Shown: piece by piece, positions 10,531-21,500 of the stretch
Layout: every line of letters begins with the position of its first letter
Numbering within the stretch: the first letter of the stretch is position 1
From: Minisyncoccota bacterium
GTDB lineage: Bacteria; Patescibacteriota; Minisyncoccia; Phycocordibacterales; CAIJYI01
DNA: 64,000 bases
Assembly: GCA_023229825.1 (NCBI GenBank)
Contig: JALNYN010000001.1
Location: 14,422-78,421 of the forward strand
Direction of reading: 5' to 3'
The notes under the pieces: generated by a model
Seen by the model: only the letters and a program-made list of their open reading frames with translations
What the model was told of the DNA's origin: nothing
Databases searched by the model: none
Program-made: the position numbers and the translations under genes

Positions 10531-10938
10531 ATGACAAAAAAAAACATTGTGTTGTTTAGTGCATTAGTAGGAACGATTACGTTTTTCTTACTTATCTTTT
10601 CGAGTGAAATCGGATTGTGCCCAAGAAATATCGGTACTTGTTCGCAAAGTTATGATGCAACTGCAACAAACTTTTTCTTGTTTTTACCAATACTTTTCTT
10701 CTCCCTCATCACCTACAAACTTCGCGAAGAAACATTTCGTGCATGGCTTCATTTTGCGTATTGGTGGGTTCCGTTATCAATGTTTCTTACTCTGATAACT
10801 CCTGAGAGCCGCGGCGGCGGATTCGGACCACAAATATCATGGGGAAAAGAAGACACCGCTTTTGTGTTTTCGGGTTTGTTCGCCATCATCTCCCTCATCC
10901 TTATCATTTACAAATCCATAAAGTTAAGAGGGAAGTGA
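10531..10938 (+). CDS. Small 4-TM membrane protein (putative immunity family A, copy 1)
   Basis: Hydrophobic; LREETFRAWLHFAYWW; ends ISLILIIYKSIKLRGK like 11083 and 46141. Confidence 0.85.
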   Translation: MTKKNIVLFSALVGTITFFLLIFSSEIGLCPRNIGTCSQSYDATATNFFLFLPILFFSLITYKLREETFRAWLHFAYWWVPLSMFLTLITPESRGGGFGPQISWGKEDTAFVFSGLFAIISLILIIYKSIKLRGK

Positions 10939-11078
10939 TTGAAATTACAACATATATTTTAGAAAACAATCGTACCTGGACAATCGCGAAATTCCAAAAG
11001 AAAAACTTGCTGACAAAAGATGAAGCGGACGAGTTGATAAAAATGCTTGGTGAGATTATGAGTAAGGTGGTAAAATAG
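10935..11078 (+). pseudogene. Probable orphan C-terminal remnant of another secreted enzyme
   Basis: Short open frame ...KFQKKNLLTKDEADELIKMLGEIMSKVVK* between two paralogous membrane genes; amphipathic helix like the tail of the 42703 protein. Confidence 0.45.
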
Positions 11079-11082
11079 GGGT

Positions 11083-11472
11083 ATGAAGAATAAAACTCTA
11101 ATTGTGATATTGTTTATATCGTTAATTTTATTGGCAGGTACATTTTTAGTTTGTCCCACCCCAACCGATGTTTGTTTGAGATATGACGAACTTTCCGTTT
11201 TTCTGATTCTTTTTTCTGCCCCGGTATTCCTCCTGTCATTAATTCTCCTTTTTCTCCGAGAAGAAATTTTTCGTTCTTGGAAACATTTCGCTTATTGGTG
11301 GCTCCCGATTTCCGCTTTCTTCATTATGTTAGCACCATCAACTGATCGCGGAAGCTTTGATTTTGGTATGGGATTCGATAGGGAGGCGGTAACTTGGTTT
11401 TTTGCGGTCTTATTTTTCCTTATCTCCCTCATCCTCATCATCTACAAATCGATAAAACTGCGCGGAAAATAA
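11083..11472 (+). CDS. Small 4-TM membrane protein (putative immunity family A, copy 2)
   Basis: LREEIFRSWKHFAYWW; ends ISLILIIYKSIKLRGK. Confidence 0.85.
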   Translation: MKNKTLIVILFISLILLAGTFLVCPTPTDVCLRYDELSVFLILFSAPVFLLSLILLFLREEIFRSWKHFAYWWLPISAFFIMLAPSTDRGSFDFGMGFDREAVTWFFAVLFFLISLILIIYKSIKLRGK

Positions 11473-11497
11473 TCTTATCACTTCATATTTAACCATC

Positions 11498-12709
11498 ATG
11501 CCTTCTGTTTGCTTTTATTTTCAAGTTCACCAGCCGTTTCGCGTTAAGCGATATCAGTTTTTTCAGATCGGGCACGACCGGGATTATTTTAATGATCGGT
11601 CGAATACGAAGCTCAATAATGAGAATATCCTCAACAAGGTGGCGGGGAAGTGCTATCTGCCTGCCAATGCTGTCATGTTGGAATTGCTGGAGAAGCATCC
11701 CGAATTTAAGATAAGCTACTCGTTTTCCGGAGTTTTTTTGGATCAGCTCGAAAAGTATTCCCCTCAAACATTGCTTTCATTCCAAAAATTGGTGGAAACC
11801 GGTCGTGTGGAAGTTCTTGATGAAACATACTACCATTCGCTTTCGTTCCTCTATTCAAAAGATGAATTTAAAAGGCAGGTACAGCTTCATCGCGAGAAAG
11901 TCAAAAAACTTTTCGGTGTGACCCCGACCGCTTTCCGTAATACTGAACTCATTTACAACAACGAACTCGCCAATTTTATCGAAGGGATGGGGTATAAAGC
12001 GATACTGGCCGAAGGCGCCGATCATATTCTTGGCTGGCGAAGTCCGAATTTTCTCTACCGTCCGAAAGGAGCGAAACAGATTAAGTTGCTTCTAAAAAAC
12101 TATAAACTTTCCGACGATATTGCGTTTCGCTTCTCTTCAAAAGAATGGAACGAGCATCCTCTGACCGCGCCGAAATTTGCGAATTGGGTTTCGCAGGTGA
12201 ACGGCAACGGCAATGTGGTCAATCTCTTCATGGATTACGAGACCTTCGGCGAGCATCAATGGGAAGATACTGGCATTTTTAATTTCCTTCGGCATATGCC
12301 CGGCGAGATCCTTAAAAATCCCGACAATAATTTTATGACTCCGACCGAATCGGCGCTGAAATATCCGTCCGTGGCAGAGCTTGATGTGCATAATTTCATG
12401 TCATGGGCCGACGTTGAGCGCGATCTCTCGGCGTGGCTCTCCAATTCGATGCAGTGGGAGGCGGCGCACAAATTGTATGAAATGGAACAAAAAGTGATGG
12501 AGAGTATGGATAAAGCGCTCATTGAGGATTGGCGAAAATTGCAAACTTCAGACCATCTTTACTATATGTGTACAAAGTGGTTTAATGATGGAGACGTACA
12601 CAAATACTTCAATCCGTATGAATCACCCTACGATGCCTTCATTTCATTCATGAATGTTCTGAACGACATGAAACTTCGATTGCAGGCGCCGAAACTTTGC
12701 GCGGAATAA
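11498..12709 (+). CDS. Glycoside hydrolase family 57 (alpha-amylase-like)
   Basis: FQVHQP, ETYYHSL, FRNTEL, DYETFGEH, LQTSDH. Confidence 0.92.
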   Translation: MPSVCFYFQVHQPFRVKRYQFFQIGHDRDYFNDRSNTKLNNENILNKVAGKCYLPANAVMLELLEKHPEFKISYSFSGVFLDQLEKYSPQTLLSFQKLVETGRVEVLDETYYHSLSFLYSKDEFKRQVQLHREKVKKLFGVTPTAFRNTELIYNNELANFIEGMGYKAILAEGADHILGWRSPNFLYRPKGAKQIKLLLKNYKLSDDIAFRFSSKEWNEHPLTAPKFANWVSQVNGNGNVVNLFMDYETFGEHQWEDTGIFNFLRHMPGEILKNPDNNFMTPTESALKYPSVAELDVHNFMSWADVERDLSAWLSNSMQWEAAHKLYEMEQKVMESMDKALIEDWRKLQTSDHLYYMCTKWFNDGDVHKYFNPYESPYDAFISFMNVLNDMKLRLQAPKLCAE

Positions 12710-12720
12710 GTGCCGATATC

Positions 12721-12890
12721 CGTCGCCGGACGGGGTGAGGAATGGGTAGGGACCCATTCCGTAAAACCTTCTTCTAATATTTTGTGAGGTACGAAACAAA
12801 ATATTGAAAAGGTGTACTGCTCCTGTAGGGAGGGTAACCCCGCTCCAAACGTTTCGGACTGGGGTACAACCCCAGTCCGGCGGACGACGG
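12721..12890. repeat. Multibranch element copy 2 plus adjacent inverted REP-A
   Basis: Matches 827-963; followed by ggactggggtacaaccccagtccggc. Confidence 0.85.
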
Positions 12891-12914
12891 AGCAAGTAAA
12901 AATTAAGAAAAAAT

Positions 12915-13505
12915 ATGGAAAACGACATCTTCAAAAAATATAAAACGTTCGTCATGGTGGGAAAACCGGGAAGCGGTAAGGGGATGCAAACCCGTCTTCT
13001 TGCCGAGAAAAGCGGCTTTAAAACTTTCTCCACCGGCGATAAATTTCGAGAACTGCAGAAAGCTGATACTCCGCTCGGACACAAGACCGCCGAGATCATG
13101 GATCGCGGAAGCCTGATGCCTTATTGGTTCGCCGGTTTTCTTTTTCAAGAGGCGGTGCTCTATCTGCCTGAAAACGAGGGTATTATCTACGAAGGAGCAG
13201 CAAGAAAAGCTCCCGAAGCTGAACTTTTTCACGACGTAATGACATGGCTTGAGCGTCCCTATAAAGCTATTTATCTAGATGTACACGATGATGAAGTGAC
13301 GAAGCGCCTTATAAAACGAGGCGGAATAGAAAACCGTGCCGATGACAATGAAGAAGCAATAAAACACCGGTTGAAAGTATATCAGGAGGAGGTTGTTCCA
13401 GCTGTTCAGGTTTTTCAAAAATATGGCACTATCCTTGATGTCAACGGCGATCAGACCCCCGAAGAAGTCCATCAGGAAATATTAAAGATGATCGCAGGAA
13501 GCTAG
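12915..13505 (+). CDS. adk: Adenylate kinase (short LID)
   Basis: GKPGSGKGMQ P-loop, STGDKFR, RADDNEE. Confidence 0.9.
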   Translation: MENDIFKKYKTFVMVGKPGSGKGMQTRLLAEKSGFKTFSTGDKFRELQKADTPLGHKTAEIMDRGSLMPYWFAGFLFQEAVLYLPENEGIIYEGAARKAPEAELFHDVMTWLERPYKAIYLDVHDDEVTKRLIKRGGIENRADDNEEAIKHRLKVYQEEVVPAVQVFQKYGTILDVNGDQTPEEVHQEILKMIAGS

Positions 13506-13513
13506 ACAGCCGT

Positions 13514-13589
13514 CGTCATCCCGGGCAACGACCCGGGATCCACGGTGAAATCGCCGGACGTGGATTCCGGGTCGCGGCCCGGAATGACG
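13514..13589. repeat. Inverted doublet of the GTCATCCCGG/CCGGAATGAC palindrome family
   Basis: cgtcatcccgggcaacgacccgggatccacg...cgtggattccgggtcgcggcccggaatgacg. Confidence 0.8.
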
Positions 13590-13617
13590 AATAAAGCGAT
13601 GAAATTTTTTAAACTTT

Positions 13618-14388
13618 ATGTCCATAATAATAAAATCCCCCAAAGAAATAGAAATACTTCGCGAAGGCGGCAAGCGGCTGGCTCATGTGTTGGACGTGGT
13701 TGAAAAGGCGGTTCGACCCGGCGTGAGCACGAAAGATCTCGATAAAATTGCGTATGATACCGTTATCGAAATGGGCGATACTCCGGCGTTTCTGAATTAT
13801 CAACCTTATGGCGCGGATTTTCCGTATCCGGGAACGATCTGTCTTTCCGTGAACGATGAAATAGTGCACGGTCTTCCAAAACACGAACGAATTTTGCAGG
13901 AAGGGGATATCATCGGCCTCGACATGGGGATCATCCACGGCGGACTTATTACCGACAGCGCTCGCACGGTCGCGGTGGGGAAGATCAGTGAAAAAGCGCA
14001 GAAGCTCATGGATACGACGAAAAAAGCTCTTGAAGTGGGAATTTCAGCCATAAAGATCGGCGGACACGTGGGTGATGTCGGATATGCCATTGAACGATTC
14101 GTGAAGCCCTACAAATATGGCATTGTACGAGAGCTCGGAGGCCACGGCGTAGGCCGACAAGTCCACGAAGACCCATATATCCCCAATTTCGGCACAAAAA
14201 AGGGCGTAGGCGCGAAATGGAAGCCGGGAATGGTGGTCGCCATCGAGCCGATGTTGAACGAAGGGAAGCGCGGGATCGTTCTCGACCGAGATGGTTACAC
14301 ATATCGAACCGCCGACCGTTCACTCTCTGCTCACTTTGAACACACAATCGCCATCACAAAAGATGGGGTGGAAATACTTACGAAATAA
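13618..14388 (+). CDS. map: Methionine aminopeptidase type I
   Basis: SVNDEIVHG, DSARTV, GHGVG..VHEDP, AIEPM, SAHFEHT. Confidence 0.95.
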   Translation: MSIIIKSPKEIEILREGGKRLAHVLDVVEKAVRPGVSTKDLDKIAYDTVIEMGDTPAFLNYQPYGADFPYPGTICLSVNDEIVHGLPKHERILQEGDIIGLDMGIIHGGLITDSARTVAVGKISEKAQKLMDTTKKALEVGISAIKIGGHVGDVGYAIERFVKPYKYGIVRELGGHGVGRQVHEDPYIPNFGTKKGVGAKWKPGMVVAIEPMLNEGKRGIVLDRDGYTYRTADRSLSAHFEHTIAITKDGVEILTK

Positions 14389-14400
14389 CATTGAGCTATC

Positions 14401-14449
14401 GTCCCCTAGGGCGGTCCTCGGTATTTTGCCGAGGACCGCCCTAGGGGAC
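14401..14449. repeat. Solo REP-B doublet
   Basis: gtcccctagggcggtcctcgg-tattttg-ccgaggaccgccctaggggac. Confidence 0.9.
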
Positions 14450-14501
14450 TTTTTGTTTGCACAATTCGTCGAAATTCGCAAAAGGTTGTATAATAGAGCT
14501 C

Positions 14502-17261
14502 ATGGAAGACCATTTTAAAATTTTGCCTCAGTTTAAGAATCCTGCTGAGGAGCTTACTTTTTTGCGTACTGCCGTTCGTGAACAGCAGGAAAAATTGGCG
14601 GAGCTTGGGGTGGAAACGACGCAGGAAAAACTGATCGGCGAAAATCTTGCGCAGTATAAAGCCATTCTGCCTTCGGAGGCTTTGGCTGAAGGGCATCGCA
14701 TGGAAGAAGGGGAAGTCGACGCGATCGTGCTTGATCTTGCTCCTGAAGCGCATGACTCCCAGATGGAAGAATTACTGGGTATTTTGCAGGAGCGGGGAAT
14801 AATGAATGCGCTTTCCGTCGTCGCAGGGCTTCACAATCCGCATATCGAAGACGATTTTCATCGCGTCCTCGTGCAATACATCAAGAGCGTTGAAGATAGC
14901 AGTTTGAAACAGCGTGGAACAGAGCGCCTTTTTGAAGAACTTCATATGACGCTGTACGAAGTTTCTCTGCCGTTGCCTGAAAAAGAAGACAAGAACAAAG
15001 CGCTCAAAGAACTTATCTCCGGAATGCAGCAATTCTATGCAGGCATGATCTCTGTCGATCTCGAGACCAGAAAACATGCGGACCGAAATTACTACTCTTT
15101 GGAGGTTGCGCTTCCGCACGACAGCGATGAGGTTTCTTTTCATGTGGCGGTTCCCGATACAAAAAAAGATCTTTTTGAAAAACAAGTCCTCGCCATATTT
15201 CCCGACGCGCACGTCATTGAAAACAAAAATGATTACAATATTTTCAATAACGATGGAATTTCCGTGGCAGCCTACGCCGTTCCCTCGGGAAATATCGTTT
15301 TTCCGCTCAAAACTTATGACGAATTCGATTATGATCCGCTCAATGTGGTCTTGAATGTCTTTTCAAAATTGCAGCGCCTTGGAGAGGGTGCTGCCATTCA
15401 GCTGCTCGTTTCTCCTGTCGGTGATGAATATAACGTGCAGTATAAATATGCGCTGAAAAAAATTAAAGAGGGCGTGAAAGTGAAAGATGCTACCGATTTT
15501 CCTAAAAATATTTTGGGAGAGGTGTGGCGCACCGGAAAAGATTTTTGGAAGATACAGATCACGGCTGAAGAAGAAAAAAAACGGCATGATAAAGAAAAAG
15601 AGCGTCTCGACGAGAATGTGGTAAAAATGATCGAAGAAAAGATGGCTCTGCCCATTCTCGATACGAATATCCGCGTAGTTGCATCGGCTTCGAGCCGCGA
15701 ACGCGCCACGCAGATCTTGCACGAGATCGAATCGGCTTTCCATCAATTTACCGACCCAAAAGGCAACGGAATGAAATGGAAAGAAATGAGCGGTGAGAAT
15801 CTTTCCCACATGCTTCACGATTTCAGCTACCGCTTGTTTGAGAACGATGCGAGTTTTCCTCTTAACCTTATGGAGCTGACGACCGTGATGCATTTTCCGG
15901 CAGGAAATGTCGCCATGCCACAGCTGAAAGAAGCAAGGGCGGGAATAGCGCCTGCACCGATAAATATCGGAGAAGAAGGCGTATTGCTTGGAATAAATGA
16001 TTACCGCGGTTCGGAGAAAGAGATCCATTTCGCCAAAGAAGATCGCGTCCGGCATTTCTATGTGATCGGACAGACCGGTACCGGTAAAACCGTTCTTTTG
16101 AAGAACATGATCGTTCAGGATATCCAGAACGGCTCCGGCGTCTGTATGATCGACCCTCACGGGACGGACATTGAAGATATTCTTGCGAATATTCCGCGCG
16201 AACGCATTGATGACGTGATCTATTTCGATCCGAGTTATATGGCGCGCCCGATGGGGCTCAACATGCTGGAATTCGATGAACGATTTCCGGAACAGAAGAC
16301 GTTTGTGGTCAACGAAATGCTCGCGATCTTCAACAAACTGTTCGACATGAAAGTCGCCGGAGGTCCCGCTTTCGAACAGTATTTCCGCAACTCCGCGCTG
16401 CTCGTTCTTGAGCATCCGGAATCCGGTTCTACACTTATGGAGATCGGCCGCGTGCTCGGCGACAAGGCGTTCCGCGAGTTAAAACTTTCTCATTGTAAAA
16501 ATCCGATCATTACGCAATTCTGGCATAATGCCGAAAGGACGACCGGAGAACAATCGCTGGCGAACTACGTGCCCTACATCACGAATAAATTCGACGTGTT
16601 CATTTCGAACGACATCATGCGGCCGATCATTGCGCAGGAAAAGTCTGCCTTCAATTTCCGCAAAGTGATGGATGAAAAGAAAATACTTCTCGTCAATCTT
16701 GCCAAGGGAAGGCTCGGCGATATCAATTCCAGTCTTCTCGGTCTTGTCATCGTCGGAAAAATTTTGATGGCTGCTCTTTCGCGCGTGGATGTCATGGGAA
16801 CCGGAAAAATGCCTCCCGATTTTTATTTGTACATCGACGAGTTCCAGAATGTGACGACCGATTCCATTTCCACGATCCTTTCCGAGGCGAGAAAGTATCG
16901 GCTTTCGCTCAACATTGCGCATCAATTCATTGCCCAGCTTCAGGATGAAATAAAGGATTCGGTATTCGGCAACGTCGGTTCCATGGCGGTCTTTCGCGTC
17001 GGTACCGAAGATGCGGAATTCCTGCAGAAACAATTTGATCCCGTCTTCACTCAAAGCGACATCATCAAGCTCGAGAACTACAACGCTTATATGAAAATGC
17101 TGATCGGCGGCCAGCCCGGCAAGCCTTTTAATATTAAGACGGTCGCTCCGAACAAGGGAAATAGAGAAATGGTCCCGCTCATCAAGGAATTGTCGTATTT
17201 GAAATTCGGAAGGGATAGGGCGCAGATCGAGGCGGAAATCTTGGCTAAGTATAAGCGATAG
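14502..17261 (+). CDS. TraG/VirD4/TrwB-like coupling-protein ATPase (CPR type)
   Basis: GQTGTGKT Walker A, IDPHG, LYIDEFQN Walker B, SEARKY; ATG 14502 follows TATAAT. Confidence 0.88.
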   Translation: MEDHFKILPQFKNPAEELTFLRTAVREQQEKLAELGVETTQEKLIGENLAQYKAILPSEALAEGHRMEEGEVDAIVLDLAPEAHDSQMEELLGILQERGIMNALSVVAGLHNPHIEDDFHRVLVQYIKSVEDSSLKQRGTERLFEELHMTLYEVSLPLPEKEDKNKALKELISGMQQFYAGMISVDLETRKHADRNYYSLEVALPHDSDEVSFHVAVPDTKKDLFEKQVLAIFPDAHVIENKNDYNIFNNDGISVAAYAVPSGNIVFPLKTYDEFDYDPLNVVLNVFSKLQRLGEGAAIQLLVSPVGDEYNVQYKYALKKIKEGVKVKDATDFPKNILGEVWRTGKDFWKIQITAEEEKKRHDKEKERLDENVVKMIEEKMALPILDTNIRVVASASSRERATQILHEIESAFHQFTDPKGNGMKWKEMSGENLSHMLHDFSYRLFENDASFPLNLMELTTVMHFPAGNVAMPQLKEARAGIAPAPINIGEEGVLLGINDYRGSEKEIHFAKEDRVRHFYVIGQTGTGKTVLLKNMIVQDIQNGSGVCMIDPHGTDIEDILANIPRERIDDVIYFDPSYMARPMGLNMLEFDERFPEQKTFVVNEMLAIFNKLFDMKVAGGPAFEQYFRNSALLVLEHPESGSTLMEIGRVLGDKAFRELKLSHCKNPIITQFWHNAERTTGEQSLANYVPYITNKFDVFISNDIMRPIIAQEKSAFNFRKVMDEKKILLVNLAKGRLGDINSSLLGLVIVGKILMAALSRVDVMGTGKMPPDFYLYIDEFQNVTTDSISTILSEARKYRLSLNIAHQFIAQLQDEIKDSVFGNVGSMAVFRVGTEDAEFLQKQFDPVFTQSDIIKLENYNAYMKMLIGGQPGKPFNIKTVAPNKGNREMVPLIKELSYLKFGRDRAQIEAEILAKYKR

Positions 17262-17557
17262 TATTGGTATCAGGAAAAAGTATCAGTATCAGGGACGACA
17301 AACGTCATTCCGGCCAGCGAGCCGGAATCCACGTCGGTGGCGTAAAAAACACAAACCTGCGTTCATTCGGCGGGGGTTTTTGTTGCATACGCCTTGTTTT
17401 TTGGTATACTGGGGCAATATTTCCGAGTAAAATGAAAAAGCACCGCGTAAGGACGTACCCTTTACGAAGTACTTTTTCGTGGTAATATAATTATAGCAAA
17501 TTGAGATTATTTTGTCCACAGAGCAGAGAGAGTAGCGTAAATATATTTCCACAATCT

Positions 17558-17636
17558 CGTCATTCCGGACAGGGATCCGGAATCCACGGCGAAACAACTA
17601 CGAACGTGGATTCTGAATCAAGTTCAGAATGACGGA
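17558..17636. repeat. Inverted doublet of the GTCATTCCGG palindrome family
   Basis: cgtcattccggacagggatccggaatccacg...cgtggattctgaatcaagttcagaatgacg. Confidence 0.75.
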
Positions 17637-17747
17637 ATGGGAAAATCTAATGTTTCTTAATGTTTATAAAAAGAACGATTTTTAAAAGGGATCGAACAGT
17701 TACTATTAGAGTTTTTACTTTATTATTATAAAAAATAACATAAAAAT

Positions 17748-18356
17748 ATGGAAACAACACATCCGAAAAAAGAGCGTACATTTGTACTTTTGAAACCAGA
17801 CGCGATCCAGCGCGGGCTTATTGGGGAAGTGGTTCATCGCATTGAGCGCACGGGGTTGAAACTCATTGCTCTCAAAATAATCATTGCGACGCGTGAGCAG
17901 GCGATGGGGCATTATTTCAAAGACGATGCATGGTGCGAAGATAAGGGGTCAAAAACGGTCGCTGCGCTCAAAGCGGCGGGAAAAAGGCCGAAAAAAACCG
18001 CTATCGAATTCGGGCGCGATATCGTCCGAGCTCTTGCCGATTTTATTACGAGCGGACCGGTCGTCGTGATGATCTGGCAGGGCAATGAAGCGATCGGCGT
18101 GGTTAGAAAACTCGCCGGAGGAACGGAGCCGACGACCTCCGATGTCGGAACGATCCGAGGAGATCTTACGATCGATTCTTATCGAATGGCAAATGTCGAT
18201 TCGCGCGCGGTCAGAAATCTTATTCACTGCTCAGACAAACCGGAAGAAGCGGAAAGAGAAATAAAAATTTGGTTTAGTAAAGATGAGCAATTGAAATACC
18301 GGCTGTTGAACGAAGAAATTTTGTACGACATCAATTTGGACGGAATACTGGAATAA
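17748..18356 (+). CDS. ndk: Nucleoside diphosphate kinase
   Basis: ERTFVLLKPDAIQRGLIGE, GTIRGD, NLIHCSD. Confidence 0.93.
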   Translation: METTHPKKERTFVLLKPDAIQRGLIGEVVHRIERTGLKLIALKIIIATREQAMGHYFKDDAWCEDKGSKTVAALKAAGKRPKKTAIEFGRDIVRALADFITSGPVVVMIWQGNEAIGVVRKLAGGTEPTTSDVGTIRGDLTIDSYRMANVDSRAVRNLIHCSDKPEEAEREIKIWFSKDEQLKYRLLNEEILYDINLDGILE

Positions 18357-18546
18357 AAACTCGAAATACGAAGCACGAATCCGCCGGTTGGCGGACGAAA
18401 CAATATCAAAATACTAAATCCGAAACGCGGCAAACGTGTTTCGGATTTTTGTTTTTATATCGGAATACTTATCCCCGCGTTTTTGCATTAACGCGTTTTT
18501 TTTTGATATAATGAAAGTATTAAATTAGTTTGTTAATTTAAAACAT

Positions 18547-21500
18547 ATGTACAAAAAGTTTTTGGAAAGCCCCATTCACCACAAGATTATTTTTGCAACC
18601 ATCGCTTTGGTGGTACTTTTGCTCCTCACTTTTGCGGGAATTTTTTATGCAAAAAAAGCGTTTACCTACCCCGCGCCTTCTTTCCCGAATTATTTTCGCA
18701 TGCCGACCGACCCGTCGCACATGAGAGGAGAAACAGACGGAACCGGAACACATTTTGCGATTACCGACAGCGAATATCTGAACATTACGCTTGATAGTAC
18801 AGAAACCGTTGATATGCGCCTCACTTCAATTCCGAAAGTGATCACGATGATGTTTGAGGCAACCACCACCGCAACCCGTTCGGCAAGCTCAGGGCAAGCA
18901 ACCGCTCAAATCACGCTCTCCGGCTTGGCATCAAACACAACCTACTACAAATACGAAGACGATTATCACCATCTCGCACAATTCACTTCCGACAACAACG
19001 GAGCGTATACGTATACGCAAGATATTTCCGTTCAACATTTCGTCTTCATTCAAACCGTAAAAAGCACAAAATTCATCGTGGACAACATCACAGGGGGCGA
19101 CTGTTCAACGATTGGAACTTGGAACGCGGGAACCAAAACATGTACGCTCACCCAAGACCTCACTGAAACCGTGCAAATAGACAGCGATGGCGTTACTTTT
19201 GACGGCAACGGACATAAAATAACGATAACGCCGGATTATACCGCCAATGGAGTATATATTTCCGGAAAAGCAAGTACGACAGTAAAGAATCTTACCGTCA
19301 ACGGCGCCTATGAGGGTATTTTTCTTTTTCTAAACAGCGGTGTCCGTGTTTCAAAAAATACTTTTACCGGTAATATGGACGGTATCTATCTCCGGTTCGG
19401 CGGCGATAACGCGATCAAAAGCAATGTCGTTAGCGATAATTATCGTAACGGAATTACCGTTTACGATTCAACCAACAACCAAATTCTTGAAAATACGGCG
19501 ATGGGAAATAATTATTCCGATTTCAATATCCAAGAAGATTATATCGGTTCCGCCATATGCGACAATATCATAACCGGCAACATCGGATTCGGCGGTCGTC
19601 CCATCGGTTTCTTCAATTCTCCAACGACATTAAACGGCGGTACATTTTCAGAGCTTATCCTCTGCGATGCCGACAGCTCTGACATAAGAAATGTGACGAT
19701 TAAAAGCTCTGACAATGGCTTTGGTGGCGGTGGTTTGCTCGCGTTTTATACTGACCATGCAAATTTCAACAATAGTACATCCAACGACAATATTCACGGC
19801 GTGCATTTACACAAATCTCATTCAAACATTTTTGAGAACGTTACCGTAATGCATGACGGTTACAATGTTTTGCTTGATAATTCCAACTCAAATATTCTAA
19901 AAAATATTTCTGCGGGCAGTGACGGATTCATTCAATTCACATTGGCGAATGATAACGAATTGGACGGAGCCACAATTGATGAATCAGCCGGCATTGGCTT
20001 TTATTACCAGAGTAATTCCAATCGCCTTCATAATTTCACCTTTCCCGACCAATGCCAAATATATACCGACAATAGAGGGAGTACCGGCAATTTGATTTAC
20101 AACAACAATTTTATCGGTGGGCAGTGTCAAATAACGGGAATGACCGGAAACTCTTTCAACCTCCCGAAACCGATTGGCGGGAATTACTGGAGCGATTATG
20201 ATACACCCGCGGAAGGATGCAGTGATGTGGACAGCGACGGCTTTTGTGATGCGCCGTATGTTTTTGTCGGCGCGCAAGACAATCTTCCGTGGACGAGACA
20301 GGATGGGTGGAAAGTCACGGTTGATATCGGACAAGCCGCCTCTGATTTGGCGAAACTTGTGGTTGACGGGCAATATCTTGGAGACGGCAATACGTGGGGC
20401 GGCAAAGGATGGGATCCCAATCAAGCTAAATATGTCACGCCGAGTGAGATTTTTGCCGGATATCATTTTTGGAATAATGCTATTTCGGTAAGAGCAATTG
20501 ATTTTGGAGCGGGAGTTGATTGTTCCGGACTGGTGCAGTGGTCATTCAACCGGTCGTTCGACCCCAATAAGAGTTTGTTGAAAAATGTGATTCGTTATGA
20601 CAACGCCGACGGTCAATTCAGGAATAACTCAGTTCCTCTCACTGAATTAGAACTTCGTCCGGGCGATTTGCTGTTTCTTGATAAAAACCTCAACGGCGTT
20701 AGGGATCATGTCGGGATGTTTGTGGGCGGTAACGCGGCGTCAGATGTGGTAGAATCGCATTCCCCGATACGTGGCATCATATCCTCTAGTAAAATTGAAT
20801 TTAAAACAAGAGATGGGTTTATAGAAAATCAAAGCATTAGACGAGTAGTTATTAGTCCCACGATAGCCGGACAGATTAATGCTGGTTCTCCGATTGATCT
20901 TACTGTGACCGATCCGGAAGGATTCACACTTACTCCCGAAACAGCAATTCAAACAGACGATGAGCTCCTCCGCGAAGTGCCGGGAGAACTTTACTATACG
21001 GAAAATGTTCTCGGATCAGACGGGCATCCGGAGGATATTATTTATTGGCCGGTTCAAAAAAACGGGGATTATCTCATTACGGTTACGGCCGAGCCCGATG
21101 CGGCGCCAACCGAAACCTTTGATTTGACTTTTATTTCCGGGACTGGCTCTACCACGATAGTAGCATCAAATATTCCAATCTCAGAAATACCTGCTCAATC
21201 TTACATAATCAGGTCTTCGGACGGCAATTTTGAAAAAGTTATTCCGGCAAAAATAAAAATCAAACCTGAAACGATGAATCTTGCGAGTGGCGGAATCATT
21301 ACCGTTGCACTCCAGTTTGACCCCGGTTTCGGTGTCGTGGTACATGATATCGCCACTTCCACCCTCCGGCTCGCAGGTGCACGGCCGATACGAACCGCTA
21401 TTGAAGTGGAGGAAAAGATACCGCCGCCTAAGAACGAAAAGACAAGCAAAAAACAAAAAGACCATGGAGAATATGAGGATGATGAAGAAATGGAAGTTTT

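Noticed and set aside
14502-17261. Conjugative element
   Set aside because: Lone TraG/VirD4-like ATPase among housekeeping genes with no relaxase, VirB genes or integrase; such genes are common in CPR chromosomes
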